DNA of 60,857 nucleotides, the filler included, from an uncultured bacterium (GTDB lineage: Bacteria > Hinthialibacterota > Hinthialibacteria > Hinthialibacterales > Hinthialibacteraceae): the NCBI GenBank assembly GCA_964449065.1. It is 6 parts of 6 records of this genome, joined end to end, with 100 filler letters (N's around TTAATTAATTAA, not from the genome) between each part and the next. Parts side by side here need not be neighbours in the genome. Positions count along the whole stretch, not along the records: positions 20,596 to 30,722 come from CAYVAZ010000187.1; positions 30,823 to 40,878 come from CAYVAZ010000189.1; 4 more parts are not named here. One strand, given 5' to 3'. This document shows positions 28,551 through 39,222 of the stretch, piece by piece. Positions within the stretch are counted from its first letter, which is position 1. Each line of letters opens with the position of its first letter. A model generated the notes under the pieces. The model made no database searches, had not been told where the DNA came from, and saw only the letters and a list, made by a program, of their open reading frames with translations. A program made the translations under genes and the position numbers.

Positions 28551-28755
28551 AAGCAGCTATCTTATTGCCCCCCCGCTTTTCGTCCAACAAATAAGGAGCG
28601 CTTCATGACAATGACCTCTACATTTCAGACAAATCAAATTTATCAAAAGAAAAATTAAAATAAAATTATCTGGTTGTCGATCTAGTGAGAGACAAACGTG
28701 TCCGTTTATAATCTAACAGTTCGATGAAATGATTTTTTCAGAAGGGGAATGAAAC

Positions 28756-30519
28756 ATGGCTACTCTCGACTGGATTATGATCTTAGGCTACTTCACGGTA
28801 TTATTCGGCATCGCATGGTGGGTGATCCTCAAAAGCAAAGATACCGCGGACGATTACTTCTTGGCAGGCCGCAACCTGGGCTGGTTTATCGTCGGCGCCT
28901 CCATCTTCGCTTCCAACATCGGCTCCGAGCATTTGGTCGGTCTCGCCGGTTCAGGGACGACAAATGGGGTGACGTTTGCTCACTTTGAATTGCATGCTTG
29001 GTGTTTGTTGGTTTTGGGCTGGGTTTTCATTCCGTTTTATGCCCGTTCGCAAGTGTATACGATGCCGGAATTTTTAGAAAAACGCTACAACCCCACTGCC
29101 CGCTGGATCCTTTCCATCATCTCGTTATTCGCTTACGTCCTCACCAAAATCGCGGTCGGCATCTTCGCCGGGGGAATCGTGTTTCGCACCCTGCTGCCCG
29201 AACTTCGTCTCGATCTTGGTTTCATGATCATGGACAGTTTTTGGATCGGCTCGTTTGCGGTCATTATCTTAACCGGTCTCTATACTGTTCTGGGCGGATT
29301 GCGCGCCGTCGCCTATACCGAAGCCCTGCAAACCATTGTTTTAATTCTGGGCTCGGTTTTGGTCACCCTGTTTGGATTAAACGCGCTGGGCGGATGGAGC
29401 GAATTACGCGAAATCTGCGGCTCGGAAATGTTTAACCTGTGGAAACCGCTCATTCCGGAAGGGATGGAAGGGACGTGGGCGCCGGTGAAAGAAGAAGACC
29501 GCATTGCCTGGTACTTCAATGCCGAATTTCCTTGGGCGGGGATGTTGTTTGCCGCGCCGATCGCCGGCTTGTGGTATTGGTGTACGGATCAATACATCGT
29601 ACAGCGCGCCTTGGGTGCACCGAATGAAAAAGAAGCCCGCCGGGGCACGATTTTTGCCGCGTATTTAAAGTTGCTGCCCGTATTTATCTTTATCATTCCG
29701 GGAATGATTTGCTATGCGTTAGCGGAGAGCGGAAAAATTGAAGCACTGCGTGATGCACTCTACACGGCGGGTGAATTGGACGCGGCCAAAAGTCAGGCGG
29801 CGTTCCCATTGTTGGTGCAGCATGTGCTGCCGGAGGGAGTTCGCGGCATTGTTGTCGCGGGATTACTCGCCGCCCTAATGAGTTCACTGGCGGGTGTGTT
29901 TAACGCCTCATCCACTCTCTTTACCATGGATTTGTATTCCAAAGTCAAACCCAAAGCCACTCAGCATGAACTGGTTTGGACAGGCCGTGTCGCCACCGTT
30001 GTCATGATCATTATCGGCTTGATTTGGGTCCCCGTCATCCAAGGCGCGGAAGGCTTATATGAATATCTGCAAGGTGTACAGGGTTATCTCGCCCCGCCGA
30101 TCTTTGTCGTCTTCTTCTTGGGCGTCTTTATGAAACGGGTGAACAGCACGGGCTGTTTGGCCGCGCTGACGATTGGGTTCGCGATGGGAGTCTTTCGGCT
30201 GGCGGTTGATACCCCGGTCGCGTTAAAGGTCGCCGGGTATGAAAACGGGTATTCCGAGGGGTCGTTCTTGTGGATTATCAACAGTATTTATTTCCAATAC
30301 TACGGCTTGTTGATCTTTGTGGTGTGTTTGGTTGTCATGATTCTGTGCAGTTGGATGACGGCCGCTCCGGATTACCAAAAAATCAGCGGCTTAACCTATG
30401 CAACAGTTACAGATGAACATCGCGCGGAATCCCGAAAAAGTTGGAGCAGTGTCGACGTCGTTTCCACCATCGGCGTGCTGGTCTTTATCCTGGCCGCATA
30501 CATTTACTTTAATGGATGA
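28756..30519 (+). CDS. Sodium:solute symporter (SSS, sugar/SGLT-like)
   Basis: YFLAGR, SNIGSEH, TMPEFLEKRY, YWCTDQYIVQRAL, LAALMSSL. Confidence 0.95.
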   Translation: MATLDWIMILGYFTVLFGIAWWVILKSKDTADDYFLAGRNLGWFIVGASIFASNIGSEHLVGLAGSGTTNGVTFAHFELHAWCLLVLGWVFIPFYARSQVYTMPEFLEKRYNPTARWILSIISLFAYVLTKIAVGIFAGGIVFRTLLPELRLDLGFMIMDSFWIGSFAVIILTGLYTVLGGLRAVAYTEALQTIVLILGSVLVTLFGLNALGGWSELREICGSEMFNLWKPLIPEGMEGTWAPVKEEDRIAWYFNAEFPWAGMLFAAPIAGLWYWCTDQYIVQRALGAPNEKEARRGTIFAAYLKLLPVFIFIIPGMICYALAESGKIEALRDALYTAGELDAAKSQAAFPLLVQHVLPEGVRGIVVAGLLAALMSSLAGVFNASSTLFTMDLYSKVKPKATQHELVWTGRVATVVMIIIGLIWVPVIQGAEGLYEYLQGVQGYLAPPIFVVFFLGVFMKRVNSTGCLAALTIGFAMGVFRLAVDTPVALKVAGYENGYSEGSFLWIINSIYFQYYGLLIFVVCLVVMILCSWMTAAPDYQKISGLTYATVTDEHRAESRKSWSSVDVVSTIGVLVFILAAYIYFNG

Positions 30520-30545
30520 AAAGGAATATTGATCATAAATTGGTA

Positions 30546-30722
30546 AGGTGGGTTCGCTTAGCAACCCACCTTGTTTATACCATTTGAAATAAAAAATGTC
30601 CGTTATATTGGTAGGGTGGGGGTAGGGTGGGCTCAACACTCTTACAACCTTGATTACGCTTTATGTTAAAGCGGGTGCAAGCCTGAATCCAACCGAAAGG
30701 CTTGTGTCCGGTAGCCCACCAG
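30546..30722. repeat. REP-like hairpins at contig end
   Basis: AGGTGGGTT.GC..AGCAACCCACCT hairpin; GTAGGGTGGG twice; terminal GTAGCCCACC. Confidence 0.6.
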
Positions 30723-30822
30723 NNNNNNNNNNNNNNNNNNNNNNNNNNNNNNNNNNNNNNNNNNNNTTAATTAATTAANNNNNNNNNNNNNNNNNNNNNN
30801 NNNNNNNNNNNNNNNNNNNNNN
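30723..30822. other. Artificial contig spacer
   Basis: N run with TTAATTAATTAA. Confidence 0.97.
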
Positions 30823-30877
30823 TTTCTTGGACGGAGAAATTTATTTATTGACAAGGGGCCTTTTAATGGGCGACCCC
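30823..30877 (+). repeat. Diverged third copy of the GACCCC-ending terminal repeat
   Basis: TTTCTTGGACGGAG....TTAT..ATTGAC.AGG.GCCTTTTAATGGGCGACCCC aligns with 31732-31786. Confidence 0.8.
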
Positions 30878-30885
30878 ATATCTGT

Positions 30886-31355
30886 TCATATCTGTTTGTG
30901 TTCGTTTTTGCCCATGATGGTCCTATGACCTGAAAAAGGATAGTGGCCAACTGTTCAATATTTGACACGAGTTCTGCTCTTAAGGGATTCAGGTGGATGT
31001 ATCTTACCAGTTCAAGGAGGTAGGAATCCTCCTGGCAGAGGATGGATTTGTATCGATTCTGAAAAAGGTGACCATGCCTTTTATGTCTTCGGTTATACCG
31101 GATGGCATGACCGGTAAGCAAACGCCTCATCACCGCCGCAATCGGCTCTTGTCCGGTCTTTAGCAAGAGATGAAAATGATTGGGAATCAAAGACCACGCA
31201 TAGCATTGTGTCTTTGTTTGTTCCAGGATCAATCCAAGATTGTCTATGAAATCATAACGATCGTGATCATCATTGAACATCTTTCGGCGCTCGATGCCTC
31301 GTGCAATAATGTGGTGCAGTGCACCTTCCGTATCGATGCGTGATTGTCTTGGCAT
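30886..31355 (-). pseudogene. REP-associated tyrosine transposase (RAYT/TnpA-REP, Y1 HUH), frameshifted near 30948 and 3'-truncated
   Basis: MPRQSRID...HHIIARGIERR, NHFHLL (HUH), GHLFQNRYKS, RYIHLNP (catalytic Tyr); YPFSGH continues in another frame. Confidence 0.9.
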
Positions 31356-31444
31356 GTGAAAGGTGGTATCAACAACAACCTTTATCGTCAAGTTTAAATG
31401 TTAAGGGCGTCCCCTTTTTCCTAGAGGAAAACCTCTTTTTCCCG

Positions 31445-31690
31445 TACTGGCTAGGAAAACCTCTTGTCAGCCATGAAACGATTGTTAATTTGATTGCTGC
31501 AACTACCACCAAAAATGGTTTGAAAGTACGAGCTGAACTTGACTCTTCGCATTATCCGAAGGGGATAAAAGTAACAGATGATGATCTTAAAGCAGTACAA
31601 ATTCAGCGCAACGATTTTCACGGTGAATGGAATTATTCAATTGTCCCGGCTCCCCCATGAGTGGCCGTTTTATTATTTTACAGACCCTTA
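31445..31690 (+). mobile_element. 3' fragment of an ISAzo13-family transposase with probable right end
   Basis: W.GKPLVSHETIVNLIAATTTKNGLKVRAELD...YPKGIKV.D......I....FHGEWNYSI (stop at 31660). Confidence 0.88.
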
Positions 31691-31785
31691 GTAATGATCC
31701 AAGTGTTTTACCTCGCAAGAAAAGTACCTTTTTTCTTGAACGGAGTTCTATTATCTCTTGACGAGGACCTTTTAATGGGTGACCC
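31686..31785 (+). repeat. Left arm of a perfect 100-bp inverted repeat
   Basis: Exact reverse complement of 40636-40735 by base-by-base comparison. Confidence 0.95.
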
Positions 31786-31973
31786 CTTGTGTTTCCGCAT
31801 TTGTTTTTTCGTGGCTGTATTTGCGGCAATCCAGGTAAGCAGATATCCGTTCGCTCTATCAAGAAAAACTATATCGTTGCCAGCTTGGACTGCAATATCA
31901 TCCAGACGCTACACAGCCCCCACCACACCCTGCTTATTCCACGCCTATGTAGGCAGTCGCCTCATCAACTGCG

Positions 31974-33161
31974 TCAGATCAATTCAATTGCCAGTGCAGT
32001 AGCTTCCCCGCCGCCAAGGCACAGGCCAGCAATGCCACGTTTGAGGTCATGTTTTTTTAATGCATAGAGTAGTGTGACGATTATACGAGCCCCGGTCGCG
32101 CCAATAGGGTGTCCCATGGCACATGCTCCTCCGTTGATATTAACCTTGTCGTGTGAGATATTGAGTTCGCGCATGGCGAACATCGTGACAACGGCAAAGG
32201 CTTCATTTATTTCGTACAGATCAACGTCTTGGGTAGACCAGTTAATCTTGGCCATCAGTTTTTGGATGGCGCCGACAGGTGCTGTAGCAAACCAACGGGA
32301 TTCCTGGGCATGGGTGGCATGACCATGAATGCGGGCCAATGGCTTGAGGCCACGTTTCAACGCCTCGGACTCGCGCATAAGTACGAGGGCCGCCGCGCCA
32401 TCGGAGATGGAAGATGAGTTTGCCGCGGTCACGGTACCATCTTTTTTGAAAGCCGGTTTGAGCTTGGGAATCTTAGAGATATTGCAACGTCCGGGGGTTT
32501 CATCATCACTTACCTGCGTCTCCCCCTTACGACTCACTACTTTGACCGGTGCAATTTCATCGCGGAAGTATCCCTTGCTTACTGCACGCTGGGCACGACC
32601 TACCGATTCTGTGGCGAAAGCATCCTGTTCATCACGGGTAAAGCCATAGGTCTCGGCACACAGTTCGGCATAGGCACCCATCAGTTTACCTTCATAGGCA
32701 TCTTCAAGACCGTCATAAAACATGTGGTCGTAGAGTTGGTCGTGGCCAAGGCGGTATCCCTCGCGTGCCTTAGGCAGAATAAAGGGAGCCTTGGTCATGG
32801 ATTCCATACCGCCGGCAATGCCAATTGCAGCCGTGCCGGCAAGGATTTCGTCATGTATGATCATTGTGGTCTTCATTGCCGACCCGCACATCTTGGTAAG
32901 CGTTGAACAGGGCACCGACGTCGGCAACCCGGCGCCAAGCGCGGCCTGCCTGGCTGGCGCTTGCTTGAGGCCTCCCATTAGGCAACAGCCGAAAATCACA
33001 TCGTCAATGTCCTCTCCACGGATACCGGCTTGCTCGACCGCAGCCGAAATGGCACTTGAGCCGAGTTGCGGTGCGGTCACACTGGCGAACTGGCCTTGGA
33101 ACGAACCGACGGGGGTTCGTTTGGCGCCAACAATTACTACTAAATCATTAGGTAACGACAT
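31974..33161 (-). CDS. Acetyl-CoA C-acyltransferase (thiolase)
   Basis: KMCGS, GGMESM, NEAFA, GHPIGATG, CLGGG. Confidence 0.96.
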   Translation of the reverse strand: MSLPNDLVVIVGAKRTPVGSFQGQFASVTAPQLGSSAISAAVEQAGIRGEDIDDVIFGCCLMGGLKQAPARQAALGAGLPTSVPCSTLTKMCGSAMKTTMIIHDEILAGTAAIGIAGGMESMTKAPFILPKAREGYRLGHDQLYDHMFYDGLEDAYEGKLMGAYAELCAETYGFTRDEQDAFATESVGRAQRAVSKGYFRDEIAPVKVVSRKGETQVSDDETPGRCNISKIPKLKPAFKKDGTVTAANSSSISDGAAALVLMRESEALKRGLKPLARIHGHATHAQESRWFATAPVGAIQKLMAKINWSTQDVDLYEINEAFAVVTMFAMRELNISHDKVNINGGACAMGHPIGATGARIIVTLLYALKKHDLKRGIAGLCLGGGEATALAIELI

Positions 33162-33487
33162 AGGTTGTTTTTCCTCGAATTTATAACCGTGCTCAAGGGA
33201 GCCAGCTTATTTTACTGAAATGCGAAGGCCACCCGTCAAGGCGTATCACCTCGCCATTCAGGTATATGCTTTGGATGATGAGTTGACCCATCGCTATGTA
33301 TTCCATCCATCTGTCCATTCGTGGGTGTATCGAAACTGTTTTGTATAACTTTTGTGGAATTTCTTTTACAAAAACCTTCCTATTTCACTCATAAAATGTG
33401 AAGGTAATATTGTGTGTTCCAGAATTATCAGAACTCAGAACAATAAATCCCGTGTTTTCTACTTTATTTGGCTTTCCTTATGTGAAT

Positions 33488-34822
33488 TTAATTGACAACG
33501 AAAGTTGGCAACCAAGTGATTGTTTGAGGAAAAAGAACGAAAATGGTTAAGCCAAATAGCATAAGGAGGACAAAAGGAAATATTCCTTTATAGATATCTA
33601 TGGTTTCAACACCTTTCACCCCAATTCCTCTTAAATAAAATAGTGCATATCCGAATGGAGGTGTCAAAAAAGAGGCTTGGAGATTTACCGCCATTATTAC
33701 TACAAACCAGATTTTGTCAAAGCCAAGTTCGGAAGCAATTGGTAGAAATAGAGGGAAGCAGATGAGAACGATGCCGATCCAATCGATAAACATGCCCAAC
33801 AGGAAGACGATAACCTGCATAACTATAAAAGTACCCCATTTGCCGAGCCCCAGACCTAAAACGAAGTTTGTGACCACCTCTCCGCCTCCATTGCCTAGGA
33901 ACACACCCGTGAAGCAAGTTGCACCCACCAACACAATTAACACCATGGCTGATGTATTGGCCGTTTTTACGATTGTCTGCACGAGAGTTTGCCAGGAAAA
34001 TTTTCCGTAGGCAACCACCATCAGGAAGGCAAGAAATGCCCCTCCTCCAGAAGCCTCGGTCGGGGTGGCAATTCCAGCAAACAAGGTCCCTAAAACCCCC
34101 GCAACCAAGATTACAGGAGGAACCAATGATTTGAGGACCATTAAGATAATCTGTTTCTTTGAAACTTGATCAAGTTCATCCTTGCTAATTGGAGGGCCTA
34201 GTTCAGGATTTTTGAAGCAGCGAATAGCAATATAAGTTGTATATAAACTGGCTAATATAAAGCCTGGAATCATGGCACCGGCAAACAATTTCCCCACGGA
34301 AAGGGATGCCTCACTACCCATAACAACAAGCATAATGCTGGGTGGTATAAGTATACCAAGAGTTCCTCCCGAACAGATGGTACCGCAGGACATCTGCTTG
34401 TCATACCCATACCGAAGCATCATTGGGAGGCCTAAGAGTCCCATCGTAACGACAGATGCTCCAATCACTCCTGTACAAGCTGCAAAAATGGTACATACAA
34501 GAATCACGGTTATTCCGAGACCGCCTCGAATGGGTCCTAACAAGTAGCGCAAGGCTATAAAAAGTTCTTCAGTAACCCCCGATCGATCAAGGAACTGGGC
34601 CATAAAGATAAAGAGAGGAATCGCCAGTAGGACATAATTGTTCATTGTGCCATATATTCTATTGGGGAATAACGCAAATATGTCTGGGCCCCAGCTTCCA
34701 ATCAATCCAAAAATTACACTTAAACCTCCAAGTACGAATGCCAAAGGGTGCCCCGTTAGAAGACCAATGAAAAGGCCGCCGAACATCAAAACAACCAACC
34801 ATTCAGGTGATAATTCTATCAT
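33488..34822 (-). CDS. dctM: TRAP transporter large permease
   Basis: LLAIPLFIFM, GTLGILIPPSI, ATPTEA, LTPPFG. Confidence 0.93.
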   Translation of the reverse strand: MIELSPEWLVVLMFGGLFIGLLTGHPLAFVLGGLSVIFGLIGSWGPDIFALFPNRIYGTMNNYVLLAIPLFIFMAQFLDRSGVTEELFIALRYLLGPIRGGLGITVILVCTIFAACTGVIGASVVTMGLLGLPMMLRYGYDKQMSCGTICSGGTLGILIPPSIMLVVMGSEASLSVGKLFAGAMIPGFILASLYTTYIAIRCFKNPELGPPISKDELDQVSKKQIILMVLKSLVPPVILVAGVLGTLFAGIATPTEASGGGAFLAFLMVVAYGKFSWQTLVQTIVKTANTSAMVLIVLVGATCFTGVFLGNGGGEVVTNFVLGLGLGKWGTFIVMQVIVFLLGMFIDWIGIVLICFPLFLPIASELGFDKIWFVVIMAVNLQASFLTPPFGYALFYLRGIGVKGVETIDIYKGIFPFVLLMLFGLTIFVLFPQTITWLPTFVVN

Positions 34823-34823
34823 G

Positions 34824-35327
34824 TTATTTATCTCCCTTCAGGAAAGCTATTTTTTTTGCAACTTCTGACAGTCCTTGCAAAAACAAAAGGATAAAGGCAA
34901 GAAATATTACTGTTTTTATAGGATACGTGGGGCCGCCATAAACGCTCATACTGGTCTCCTTTATGGCCCATGATTTGGCGGCAAAAAAATATCCCTGCCA
35001 GATACATACCAGCGTAAACGGAAAGAAAAAAACGACGTAGGCGAAAATGTCCACAATCGCTTTATTTTTAGGTGAAAAATGATAGGTGGCTATATCAACA
35101 GACACATGTGAATTGTGAAGCAAGGCATAGCCAGCAATAATCATGAAATACAATCCAAATAGTTGAGTAGTCACCTCAAAACCCCATATAGTTGGGCTAT
35201 TAAAACCCACCCGCATAATGACCTCCAAAACCGCAAGTAAGGTTATAACAGCTATCACCCAGCCAACGACCCTGCCTACCCACTCATTTAGGTTGTCAAT
35301 ATATTTGGAGAATTTCATCATACACAT
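34824..35327 (-). CDS. dctQ: TRAP transporter small permease
   Basis: Four TM helices, EVIMR..FNSPTIW, HVSVDI; lies between dctP and dctM. Confidence 0.9.
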   Translation of the reverse strand: MCMMKFSKYIDNLNEWVGRVVGWVIAVITLLAVLEVIMRVGFNSPTIWGFEVTTQLFGLYFMIIAGYALLHNSHVSVDIATYHFSPKNKAIVDIFAYVVFFFPFTLVCIWQGYFFAAKSWAIKETSMSVYGGPTYPIKTVIFLAFILLFLQGLSEVAKKIAFLKGDK

Positions 35328-35479
35328 CCTGGTTGGAATACTTCATCTGAAGCGCAATAGACACGGACAGGCTTTGACAAAATACCCAAATTTTCAAAAT
35401 CATGAAATATTGTTCTCTCAGGAGGGATATGTCCAGCACACCCCTCCATGAAGATTGCTTTATTTAACGCCTTTCACTA

Positions 35480-36601
35480 TTATTTTATAGCTTCTTTTAT
35501 TGCATTCAAGTCGGGAGGTGTGGCTATATTCCGGCCATGGGAGAATGGATCTGAAATAGAACGCCACTTCCCAAAATCCTGCAAAAACTTATATTGGGAA
35601 TAGGCAATTTTAGCAAATAGTGGATTATTTTCACATGATTCCAAAGTGTGTCTGTTAACTAGTTTCTGTATTTTCTCGATATCTTCATCACCAAGTTTAG
35701 TAATTTCGATCCCTTTGTCCAAAAATGTTTGAACAGCAGCAATATTGTTATATTCAAAGAAAGTATAGGACCAAAGAAAATTGGCCATTGCTGCAGTTTT
35801 CAGCATCTCTTTATGCTCAGGACTAAATTCATCCCATACTTTCTTGTTAATAAGAACACTAAAAATGGCGCCAGTTGCATGCCATGAAGGGGACGCCCAA
35901 TATTTAGTGATCTCCTGAAATCCCATATTCACATCAACACTCGGAATATTGTACTCAGCGGCATCAATTACTCCCTTTTCCAAAGCTTGATAGACTTCCG
36001 AACCTGCAAGATTGACTTGCACGCCGCCTAAATCTTTTAACACTTTTCCTTGTAACTTTCCGCCCATTCTTATCTTCATTCCTTTAATATCTTCAATGGA
36101 ACGGATAGGCTTGTTACCCCGAATTCCAGATTCAGATCCATGCCCACCAAAGGGCAAAGCAACAAGACCGAAATTACCATACGCTTCTTGTATAAGATCA
36201 AATCCTCCTCCTTGATATATCCAGAGCATATAATCATTGATTGATAAACCTAGAGGCTGTGACCCAATGATATTAAATGCCTCATCTTTACCTGGCCAGT
36301 AACCTCCCCAGTCTCCTCCCATATCGAGTGTGCCATTTGCAACTGTGTCAAATAGCTCAAACGCTGGAACCATGGTTCCACCATCGAAAAATTTAATTTG
36401 GAAATTGTCACCACCCATACTATTGACAAGTTTCACGAAGTGGCGGTCAACTTCGATCAATTCAATTCCTGATGACCAGACAGAACTCATCTTTAATCGG
36501 ATTTTTTTATTTTTTTCAGCAGCACTGATTGGAGCTACCTGCCAAATAAGAAAACTTACTAAGATAACTGGTAACATCTTTAAAAAAATAACCTTTTTCA
36601 T
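35480..36601 (-). CDS. dctP: TRAP substrate-binding protein (TakP/monocarboxylate-like)
   Basis: Signal peptide, FDTVANGTLD, DIKGMKIRMGG, EVYQALEKGVIDAAEY. Confidence 0.92.
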   Translation of the reverse strand: MKKVIFLKMLPVILVSFLIWQVAPISAAEKNKKIRLKMSSVWSSGIELIEVDRHFVKLVNSMGGDNFQIKFFDGGTMVPAFELFDTVANGTLDMGGDWGGYWPGKDEAFNIIGSQPLGLSINDYMLWIYQGGGFDLIQEAYGNFGLVALPFGGHGSESGIRGNKPIRSIEDIKGMKIRMGGKLQGKVLKDLGGVQVNLAGSEVYQALEKGVIDAAEYNIPSVDVNMGFQEITKYWASPSWHATGAIFSVLINKKVWDEFSPEHKEMLKTAAMANFLWSYTFFEYNNIAAVQTFLDKGIEITKLGDEDIEKIQKLVNRHTLESCENNPLFAKIAYSQYKFLQDFGKWRSISDPFSHGRNIATPPDLNAIKEAIK

Positions 36602-36842
36602 ATTGAACGTCTCCTTTGCTCAGAAAAATGATAGTTCATTTTGCTTTGATACTACCTCAAATGCAACCGCCAACAATATAATTTTGATAAATTACAGCCT
36701 AATACACTCCTCTTTTCATGTACTCCTCCTTTTAAATATAAAATACCATGCGTGTCGCATTTGTATTTCCCTAAAGACAGGAAAAGAAATACATAGACAG
36801 TTTATATGACACCTCTTTTCTTATTGCTCAATGATTTAAAGA

Positions 36843-37637
36843 TCATCCCCTTGATCCAATCCGCAATCCGCCATGGATAAAATACACATCTCCAGCCAGA
36901 GCTTCATTTCGGTATAATTCTCCGACCAAAGAGGCAAATTCTAAAGGATCAATCAATCGTCCTATGGGCACATCCAATAGAATCTTCTCAAGGGCTTTCT
37001 GGTTCATACCTTTAGCCATTGCAGTATTGCAATAACCAGGTGCAACCGCCACACAGCGGATTCGGTTTGAAAGGCCACGCCGGAAAAATTCTGCAGTAAT
37101 AACTTTTGGCAGAACGGACATCGCTGCCTTAGAAGATGAATAGTTAATCTGGCCTGCTGTTCCCAGTGATCCCGTTGAAGAAACTAAGCATATGAGCCCT
37201 TTGCAACTATTGTTGATCATACGTTCAGAACACTCGCGTATCGTTAGAAAAACGCCGGTTAAATTGATATCAATAACTTTTTGAAAATCCTCAAGAGACA
37301 TTTTTTTTGTGATTTTGCCTGATTCTCGATTAGGAGAAACCATGAGGCGATCTTTGATAATGCCAGCAAAGGGTGCCACAAGATTAATTTTACCGAATTT
37401 TTCAATCGCTACGTCAGCAAGTTTCGAACAATCCAATTCATTTGTTACATCACAAGCTATTGAAAAAGAGTCTCCTTTTGGTGCGCTAATTTTTTTCTCT
37501 GCTTGTTCCAATGCCTCAAGAGCGATATCGGCTAAAACTACTTTACCTCCATTCCTTATCCAGTAATTGGCAACTTCTAAACCAAGACCAGAACCACCGC
37601 CAGTAATAACAGCAACTGAATCTTTTATTTCTAACAT
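36843..37637 (-). CDS. SDR oxidoreductase (3-oxoacyl/3-hydroxyacyl-CoA reductase-like)
   Basis: TGGGSGLG, AGI, YSSSK. Confidence 0.92.
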   Translation of the reverse strand: MLEIKDSVAVITGGGSGLGLEVANYWIRNGGKVVLADIALEALEQAEKKISAPKGDSFSIACDVTNELDCSKLADVAIEKFGKINLVAPFAGIIKDRLMVSPNRESGKITKKMSLEDFQKVIDINLTGVFLTIRECSERMINNSCKGLICLVSSTGSLGTAGQINYSSSKAAMSVLPKVITAEFFRRGLSNRIRCVAVAPGYCNTAMAKGMNQKALEKILLDVPIGRLIDPLEFASLVGELYRNEALAGDVYFIHGGLRIGSRG

Positions 37638-37764
37638 CTTGTTTCCCTATGCAAGTTTTAGGCAAAGGTCATACTCTGCATTTAAGCGGGAGATCACTTT
37701 TTCATAATCCCATCATTAATTTAAGCCTTTAACAGGCATTGCCCGATTCCAATTAGAGTTTTCC

Positions 37765-38913
37765 TTATTCCGACGCTATACGTAAAATTTCATCCTGGTG
37801 TTGCCCGAGAGCAGGTGGAATCCCTGGGTTTCCAGGTGTTTTGGAAAATTTTATTGCAGTTCCTCTTATCTTAAGTTTCGGCACGGTTTTAGAGAAAGGT
37901 ACATCGACTTCCACTATGGTTTTTCTTTCATTCAAATGAGGATCTTCGACAACTTCTTTCACTGTTCTGACCCTTGCGCAGGGAATACTGTTTTTTATCA
38001 GCAGCTTTTCCAATTTGTTTAGGTCTTCAAACGAATTCACCCATTCATCAATGATAGGTATCAGTTCCTTCTGATTTAAATTTCGTTCCGCAACTGATGC
38101 AAATTTAGGATCGTTTGCAAGCTCTGGTCTGCCCATCAAAGAAGTTAAAGTGTTCCATAATTTAGGATTCAACGCTGCAAGCATCATCCCTTCAGATTTT
38201 TGGCCAAAAATTCCATACGGGGTCAAAATATTACTGTGATTACCATTTCTTGTCGTATCATTACCGGTCGAAGCTACTTCAAAACAGTCAATCTGCATGG
38301 TCATACATTCGAGAAGAGAAACATCAATAAATTGCCCCTCTCCTGTACGGCCTCGATGAAACAACGCTGCTGAAATGCCACCAAAAGCGTGATAAGCCGT
38401 AGTATTATCTGCCACGGCTGGCCCTAATCTCATTGGAGGACCATCTGGGAACCCTGTAATATCCATAACCCCGCTCAAGGCTTGGGCAATAAGGTCATAT
38501 CCTGACCTATCTCTATAAGGACCAGTTTGCCCATAAGCTGACACTGAACACATGATAATTGATTTGTTTAATTTGCATAATTCATCATAAGCTAAATTAA
38601 TCTTACTCATTACCCCAGGCCTGAAGCTTTCCACTAAAACATCCGATTTTTTAACCAGCTTTCGAAGAACTGCCATATCAGATTTATCTTTGAAATCTAG
38701 AACAATTGATTTTTTGCCACGGTTGGCTTGGACGAACAAGCTACTTGTTGCTTCACCAATCTGCACAGGCCAAGCTCTGGAATCGTCTCCGACCACAGGC
38801 CTCTCTACTTTAATAACTTCTGCACCAAAATCTGCCAACATTGCCGTCGCTATAGGACCGGCCAGATTGTTTGTCAGGTCGAGGACTCTGATTCCTTCAA
38901 ATATTTGAGCCAT
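37765..38913 (-). CDS. CaiB/BaiF family III CoA-transferase
   Basis: GIRVLDLT..LAGP, LADFGAEVIKVE, NRGKKSI, GYD..AQA.SG, PPALGQH. Confidence 0.94.
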   Translation of the reverse strand: MAQIFEGIRVLDLTNNLAGPIATAMLADFGAEVIKVERPVVGDDSRAWPVQIGEATSSLFVQANRGKKSIVLDFKDKSDMAVLRKLVKKSDVLVESFRPGVMSKINLAYDELCKLNKSIIMCSVSAYGQTGPYRDRSGYDLIAQALSGVMDITGFPDGPPMRLGPAVADNTTAYHAFGGISAALFHRGRTGEGQFIDVSLLECMTMQIDCFEVASTGNDTTRNGNHSNILTPYGIFGQKSEGMMLAALNPKLWNTLTSLMGRPELANDPKFASVAERNLNQKELIPIIDEWVNSFEDLNKLEKLLIKNSIPCARVRTVKEVVEDPHLNERKTIVEVDVPFSKTVPKLKIRGTAIKFSKTPGNPGIPPALGQHQDEILRIASE

Positions 38914-38962
38914 TGAATATATTTCTCCGTTTGTTGAATTTTAATACAATTTCTCCATGTGC

Positions 38963-38978
38963 AGCAATAACCGTGCCA
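38963..38978 (-). promoter_or_regulatory. Sigma54 -24/-12 promoter of the CoA-transferase operon
   Basis: Minus strand TGGCAC-GGTTA-TTGCT, matching consensus, ~50 nt upstream of the ATG; a divergent enhancer-binding protein gene is adjacent. Confidence 0.88.
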
Positions 38979-39222
38979 TACGCTCATCAGGTGTTAACCT
39001 GTTATACTTCAAACTGCTTTGACACTACTCAAATTTCTAAAAAATCCCGTCACCAAAATCATTTAAACATTACAATAGAGGGAAGGTGAATTAAGAACCA
39101 TAAAATTGAATTTGTTGAGTAAACAACATTTCAGGATGTGGGGCAGTGTGTCACTTTGTGTTGCATTCGCTTGTTTCGCACGCTACACTATGACACAAAA
39201 CAACACAAATAGAGAGGCAAGT

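Noticed and set aside
31661..32002. Duplicated peptide LVMIQVFYLARKVPFF in ORFs 31661-32002 and 40446-40841
   Set aside because: Translation of the non-coding 100-bp inverted repeat, not a gene family.
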